Program-made: the position numbers and the translations under genes
The notes under the pieces: model-generated
What the model was told of the DNA's origin: nothing
The model's database searches: none
The model's input: the letters and a program-made list of their open reading frames with translations, nothing else
Part shown: positions 57,871 to 64,000 of the stretch, one piece after another
Layout of the letters: each line of letters starts with the position of its first letter
Numbering within the stretch: position 1 is the first letter of the stretch
NCBI GenBank assembly: GCA_964016885.1
Contig: OZ024762.1
Span: 24,056,001 to 24,120,000 of the forward strand
Length of the DNA stretch: 64,000 bases
Direction: 5' to 3'
DNA from: Eledone cirrhosa
Lineage: Eukaryota

Positions 57871-58090
57871 GCTAGAATTGGTTGAGGACTTCCTGTATTT
57901 GGGAGCAAAGATTGGGAATACGGAAGATGATGTGGTTGAGAGGAAGAGCAAAGCCTGGGTGGCGTGCCACAGCTTGAGATCGGTGTGGCAGTCAGATCTT
58001 CGTAAAGACCTGAAAATCCACCTCTTCATTGCTGTAGTGGAGTCTGTGCTGCTGTACGGGTCTGAGACTTGGACACTGACCAAGAAACTG
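57871..58090 (+). mobile_element. Internal fragment of another RTE-clade LINE
   Basis: [14 protein letters not shown]...KAWVACHSLRSVW...LFIAVVESVLLYGSETWTLTKK. Confidence 0.88.
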
Positions 58091-58120
<30 letters not shown>

Positions 58121-58122
<2 letters not shown>

Positions 58123-58516
58123 CATCATTCATCATCATTTCATTTTACGTCCACTTTTCCCTGCTTGCAAGGGTGGGACAGGAACTGATTCTGGCTTGAT
58201 TTCTACAGCTGGATGCCCTTCCTAACACCAACCTCATTTACAGTGAGTGCTGGGTGCTTTTTTTCCGTGGCGCCTACACGTCCACTTTACAGAGTGGGCT
58301 GGGTGCTTTTTTGCCGTGGTACCTCCACGACCACTTTACAGTGGAATGATAGGGACCCCAGTCCCTAGCATCTTATTTCTACAGCTGAGTAAACTGGAGC
58401 AATGTGAAATAAAGTGTCTTGCTCAAGGAAACAACACATCACCCGGTCTGAGAATTGAACTCACAACCTTTCGATTGCAAGGCCAATGCTCTAACCACTA
58501 AGCCATGTACCTCCAT
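58121..58516 (-). mobile_element. Full-length SINE-A
   Basis: Reverse complement of 38305-38641 with one extra ~55-bp UTR unit. Confidence 0.92.
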
Positions 58517-58520
58517 GTAC

Positions 58521-58561
<41 letters not shown>

Positions 58562-58992
58562 ATGAGTCTAAAAGCTGTTTCCTATCCATTTCCTTATCTC
58601 TTCTGAAAGACATATTTTGATTGGTATACCTTTCAATAAAACAATTTAGTTACCAATATACAAAATCAGGTGACAAATTAAGCCGTTGCATAGAATGTTC
58701 TATGGTATTTGTCCCACCTCATTGCACACTCTGAGTTCAAATCCCACCGTTTTCAACATTGCTTCTCATCCTTTCAAGGTCAATAAAAAAAGTTCCAGTC
58801 CAGTACTGGAGTCGATTCTTCCTCTATAGAAAAAATCGGCCGAATTCAGACCTGGAAAGGGTTGGGTTCCGCCAGGTTTAAAAGTGCCCTAGACACTCCA
58901 TATAATGGTGCCTCTACAACTCCACAAGGAGTTGTAGAGGCACCATTATATGGAGTGTCTTGTATGCAAGTATGTGTGTGTGTATATATATA

Positions 58993-59179
58993 TAATGAAG
59001 GAAATGTGCTACGGAACCAGATGGACCATAACGTACCAAAGTACTCAATACTTAGGGTAGTAGAGTGGGTAATAGGAATGAGTAGAACCCCGACGGCTGA
59101 GCTCAAGCCGTTTCCACGGCTAATTCTGGACTGAATTAGCCGTCGAAACGGCTTGAGCACAGCCATCGGGGTTCTACTC

Positions 59180-59183
<4 letters not shown>
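58993..59183. mobile_element. H1 hairpin-capped short element, full copy
   Basis: Inverted arms at 59077-59182 around loop tggact. (TA)n flanks. Confidence 0.8.
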
Positions 59184-59218
<35 letters not shown>

Positions 59219-59318
59219 TCTGTATGTGGCTGTGTGCCTGTGTGTGTGTTTTAGTATGTGTATATATATATATATATACACACACATATCTGTATATGTG
59301 CCTGTGTGTGTGTTTTAG

Positions 59319-59360
<42 letters not shown>

Positions 59361-59363
<3 letters not shown>

Positions 59364-61173
59364 TCATCATCATCATCATCATCAGATTTAGCGTCCGTGT
59401 TCCACGCTTGCATGGGTTTGGACGGGGGTTTTCCCACTTGAGGCAAGAGTGGTTGTCTTGCTCGCATAGGACAGTCTGGCGGGTTTTCTACAGCTGGATG
59501 CCCTTCCTAACACCAACCACATTTACAGTGTGGGGCTGGGAGGTTTTTACCGTGTTGCCTACACGGCCACATTACAACGTGGACTGTCTGGTGGGTTTTC
59601 TACAGCTGGATGCCCTTCCTAACACCAACCACATTTACAGTGTGGGGCTGGGAGGTTTTTACCGTGTTGCCTACACGGCCACATTTACAGCGTGGACTGT
59701 GTGTTTTTTGTCGTGACACCTACACGATCTCATTTGTTTCGGCCTGGATGTTGTGGGACCAACATAACTTTACATTGAAAGGGGCGGTGTGGGTGGGGTG
59801 GAGGTGGTGGGACGGGGGTGTGTTTTGATAGAGATGCCTACTGACTGTAGTAGGTTTTTACTTTGTATTTAGGTAAGGCGGGTCTTCTCTATTACTGAGT
59901 ACCGCCAAAGGTCTCGGTCCAGTGACATTGTCTTGGAGAGGTGTAAGCGTGTGAGGTCGGAATTTATCAGCTCGTCCCATGTTTTCTGGGTCTGCCTACT
60001 CCGTGGCTACCGTCTATCTTTATTGCCCTGCACTTTGTTATACAGCTGTCGTCTTTCATGCGCATCACGTGACCGTACCAACGTAGCCTTCTCTCGAGTA
60101 AACAATATCTGATTCCTCTTATTTCTAATTTTTTCCTTAGTTCGTTTATGTTTTGCCGTTCACGTATATTACTATTGCACATCCAGCGGAGCATGCAAGC
60201 TTCGTTCCTCTCTAGTCTGCGTATATCCTCTGCACACAATGCCCAGGTCTCACTTCCATGCAGCATTGCTGTTCGTATGCAGGCATCGTATAACCTGCCT
60301 TTCATTTTTAGGGAGAACCCTCTAGCGGCTAATAGTGGTATAAGCTCTCTGAACTTTTTCCATCCAGTTCTGACTCTAGCTACTGTACTTTCAGAGCACC
60401 CTCCCCACTGCTGATTTTGTCACCCAGGTACCGGAAGCTGTCCACTATTTCTATAGAACCCTCTGCGCAGTTGAAGGAGCTAGTATTTTGTGGGCACTTG
60501 CTGCTACTTATTGCACCAGAGCACCGGCCACATGTAAAATCTATGTTCTTAGTTAGCTTACCTGTGATCCCACTACATCTTTTATGCACCCATACTCTGC
60601 ATTTGGGACATAAAATGGAGTTTCTACCTACGCCTTTCCTACACACTGAGCATGGCCATTTCCCAGATGGGACCGCTGCCTTATTTTCTTTCCTACAAAC
60701 TAGAACTTTAGTCTTAGCCAGGTTAATTTTAAGGCCTTTTGATTCTAGGCCGTGCTTCCATGTTTGGAATTTCTTCTCTAGTTCGGTCATTGATTCAGTT
60801 ATGAGCGTTAGATCATCTGCGTATAGGAGTTCCCATGGGCAGCCGGTCTTGAACTCCTCTGTTATAGCCTGAAGGGCAATAATAAATAGTAGGGAGCTAA
60901 GAACAGAGCCCTGATGGACACCAACTTTTACGCTAAACTCTTCACTATATTCGTTGTTAATTCTAACCTTACTGACTGTTTCTTTATACATGGCTTGTAT
61001 AGCTCTCACAAGCCATTCATCAACACCTAGTTTTCTAAGAGACCACCAGATAATGGAACGGGGTACTCTGTCAAAGGCTTTCTCCAAGTCGACGAAAGCT
61101 AAGTATAGGGGTTTACTTTTAGCTAGGTACTTCTCCTGTAGTTGTCGTACAATGAAAAGAGTGTCTGTGGTAC
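59361..61173 (-). mobile_element. 5'-truncated RTE-clade LINE with RT, PHD-like finger and a duplicated 3' UTR block
   Basis: ORF 60380-61204 has LAFVDLEKAFDRVP, GVHQGSVLS, LLYADDL and CSVC..CPKCRVWVHKRC..CGRC. ORF 59967-60305 covers the C-terminus. (TA)n on both sides. Confidence 0.96.
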
Positions 61174-61240
61174 TATATATATATATATACACACATACAC
61201 ACACACAAATCTGTTATGTGCCTGTGTGTGTGTTTTAGTA

Positions 61241-61272
<32 letters not shown>

Positions 61273-61273
61273 A

Positions 61274-61611
61274 TGGAGGCACATGGCTTAGTGGTTAGAG
61301 CATTGGCCTTGCAATCGAAAGGCTGTGAGTTCAATTCTCAGACCGGGTGATGTGTTGTTTCCTTGAGCAAGACACTTTATTTCACATTGCTCCAGTTTAC
61401 TCAGCTGTAGAAATGAGATGATAAGGACTGGGGTCCCTATCATTCCACTGCAAAGTGGTCGTGGAGGTGCCACAGCAAAAAAAGCACCCAGCACTCACTG
61501 TAAATGAGGTTGGTGTTAGGAAGGGCATCCAGCTGTAGAAACCAAGCCAGAATCAGTTCCCGTCCCACCCTTGCAAGCAGGGAAAAGCGGACGTAAAATG
61601 AAATGAAATGA

Positions 61612-61615
<4 letters not shown>
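61274..61615 (+). mobile_element. Full-length SINE-A
   Basis: Near identical to 38305-38641. Confidence 0.92.
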
Positions 61616-61663
<48 letters not shown>

Positions 61664-61740
61664 TATCCGGGAGCTTCCAACAGTAATGGTTGCATTTTTT
61701 AAGGGTATGTCAATATTTATTTATAAAACTGATCTATATT

Positions 61741-61808
61741 ATATTTTATCTGATGAAAGCACACCATAATTTAACTTGGTGTCCTTGAAATATGTATAAT
61801 GAAATAAA
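61741..61808 (+). ncRNA. Minimal type I hammerhead-like motif in a pLTR-like repeat (61660-61935)
   Basis: tattttat-CTGATGA(61750)-acacca..tggtgt-GAAA(61787)-tatg-TA-..atgaaata. Confidence 0.45.
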
Positions 61809-62003
61809 TATGGTTTTATAAATATAGTTTCCATTTGTTAATATATCGTGTTTTTACTCCAATAATTTGTTGAGTGCTTTATATCAGTTATAAAAATATT
61901 TGCTTGTTATATCCCAACAATTTAAATAGAACTTCTACATATATATACATATATGTACACACACACATATCTGTATATGTGCCTGTGTGTGTGTTTTAGT
62001 ATG

Positions 62004-62039
<36 letters not shown>

Positions 62040-62237
62040 TAATTGTATATGTGCCTGTGTGTGTTTTAGTATGTGTATATATATAAATATATATATACAC
62101 ACACACATATCTGTATATGTGCCTGTGTGTGTGTATATATATATATACACACACACACATATCTGTATATGTGCCTGTGTGTGTGTTTTAGTATGTGTAT
62201 ATATATATATATATATATACACACACATATCTGTATA

Positions 62238-62268
<31 letters not shown>

Positions 62269-62371
62269 GTTGGTAAATGAGTTTTAAATGTTCAGGAAGT
62301 TTAATATATACATTGCAGTTTTAGGTATCAACGCAAATAAGAATGACTGTGTGTGTGTATATGTATGTATA

Positions 62372-62405
<34 letters not shown>

Positions 62406-62500
62406 CATATATATATATGTATACATGCACACACACACACATATACATACATATACACACACACAGTCATTCTTATATGCCTTGATACCTAAAACTGCAA

Positions 62501-62590
<90 letters not shown>

Positions 62591-63074
62591 CGTGTGTATG
62601 TATGTGTATATTCATATATTTATGTGTATATATGTTTCTATATATATGTGTGTGTGTATACATATGAGTGTGTGTGTATATATATATATATATATGTATG
62701 TGTGCGTGTGTATATACATATATTTATGTGTATATATGTATCTATATATGTGTGTGTGTGTGTGTGTATACATATGAGTGTGTGTATATATATATATACA
62801 TACGCACACATACACACACCCAGATGGAATGAGTGGCAGGGATAAAACAGAGTGGTGTGGGGGGTGGGGTTATAGATAAAGGGAAACAAGAAGAGGAAGA
62901 GGAAATGAAGATATAATAGGGAGGAGGAGGAAGGGGAGGGGAGGGAAAGTTATAGGGCCAGGTGGAGGGGTGTGGGTGGGAGGAGGAGTGAGACTTGCAC
63001 CTGGGTGGAAGTGGCTGGCAGAAGTAGATTTGTGGCTTTGGATGTCTGGGGGTTAGTTAATGATAAGGCCTTCG

Positions 63075-63960
63075 ATTTAGTAGAAGCACAGAGTTATGGC
63101 CCTTTACGTTATGTGCCTCAAATCCTGCCGATCCTTACGGGGTCGATAAAATAAAGTACCAGTAATGCACTGGGTCGATTATTCGACTGTCCCCTCTCCC
63201 AAAATTGTTGGCCTTGTGTGCCTATACTAGAAACCACAGTATCTTATGTCTCTTTACATTTTGGTTTCGAATCCCGCCAGGGTTAGCTTTGCTTTTCATC
63301 CATATGGGGTCAATAAAATATACTACCAGTAATGCACTCGGAGTGAATTAATCAACAGTCTCCTCTCCCCAAAATTGCTGGCATTGTCCCCACATTATCA
63401 GAGCATTGGATGTGTATTCTGGGTCTCTTGATTTCTGAGTTTAACCCTTTAGCTTTTAAACTGGCCATATCCACCCAGAATTCCCTCACCTCTTTCTGTT
63501 CCAACCAGCTGTAACCGGCTGCTCAAACTGATGTTAAGGTATTGTTCTCACAATAAATAATATCAAAATCTCATAGATTCAATATTATGTGAAATAAAAC
63601 GGTTACTGTGAAAAATACAATAGTAAATATAGAGTAATGTGAGATCCTGCTGAGGTCAACTTGGCCTTTCATCCTTTCGGAATCGATATAAAAAAGTGCC
63701 ATTCAAATTCTGGGTTGATTCTTTCTCTGAGGTCAACTTTGTTTTTCATTCTTCCAGGGTCGATAAAAAAAAAAGAATCGGTCTAGTACTGGGGTCAATT
63801 CTTCCTCTGAGATCACCTTTGATTTTTATCCTTTTGCAGGTCAAGAAAAAAGTACCAGTAATGCACTGGGGTCAATTTAATCGACTTTCCCCTCCCCCCA
63901 AAAATTGCTGGCCTTCTCCCTAAATCTGAAACGATTATTATTATTATTAATATTATTATT
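63075..63960 (+). mobile_element. Cluster of degraded SINE-B fragments with a piggyBac-MITE copy at 63441-63640
   Basis: Repeated ttttcatcc..ggtcgataaa..agtaccagtaatgcactggg motifs. TTAAcccttttagc at 63442. Confidence 0.8.
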
Positions 63961-64000
63961 CTTTGAGTCTCAGTCATTGATGTTATTTAACTGCAAAGTT

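Noticed and set aside
57350-58225. 291-aa Thr-rich ORF fused to an RT-like segment
   Set aside because: Chance read-through of (AAC)n, a SINE tail, an RTE fragment and (TA)n

Overview
AT-rich, microsatellite-saturated eukaryotic DNA with no host protein-coding gene that can be supported. It is most likely a long intron or intergenic stretch of an octopod cephalopod genome; this is inferred from the repeat families and simple-repeat load, not proven. Nearly all ORF-track entries are translations of (TA)n/(CA)n/trinucleotide tracts. The real coding remnants all belong to transposons: several RTE-clade LINEs (one family with a PHD-type zinc finger inside the RT ORF), CR1-clade LINEs, Penelope-like GIY-YIG remnants and a Helitron RepHel fragment. 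There are also two tRNA-derived SINE groups, non-autonomous Helitrons, piggyBac-, hAT- and Tc1/mariner-type MITEs, and tandem arrays grown from transposon pieces. Five observations stand out: (1) a family of ~190-bp (TA)n-embedded elements capped by a long fold-back hairpin, along with many minimal hammerhead-like motifs, which suggests a Penelope/retrozyme-type non-autonomous system; (2) a base-perfect twin-priming 5' inversion in an RTE element; (3) a consensus recursive-splice-site motif at 2024/2025; (4) a SINE and its tail-donor LINE in the same window; (5) an 11-copy, 99-bp in-frame array made from LINE coding sequence. Coordinates of degraded elements are approximate.
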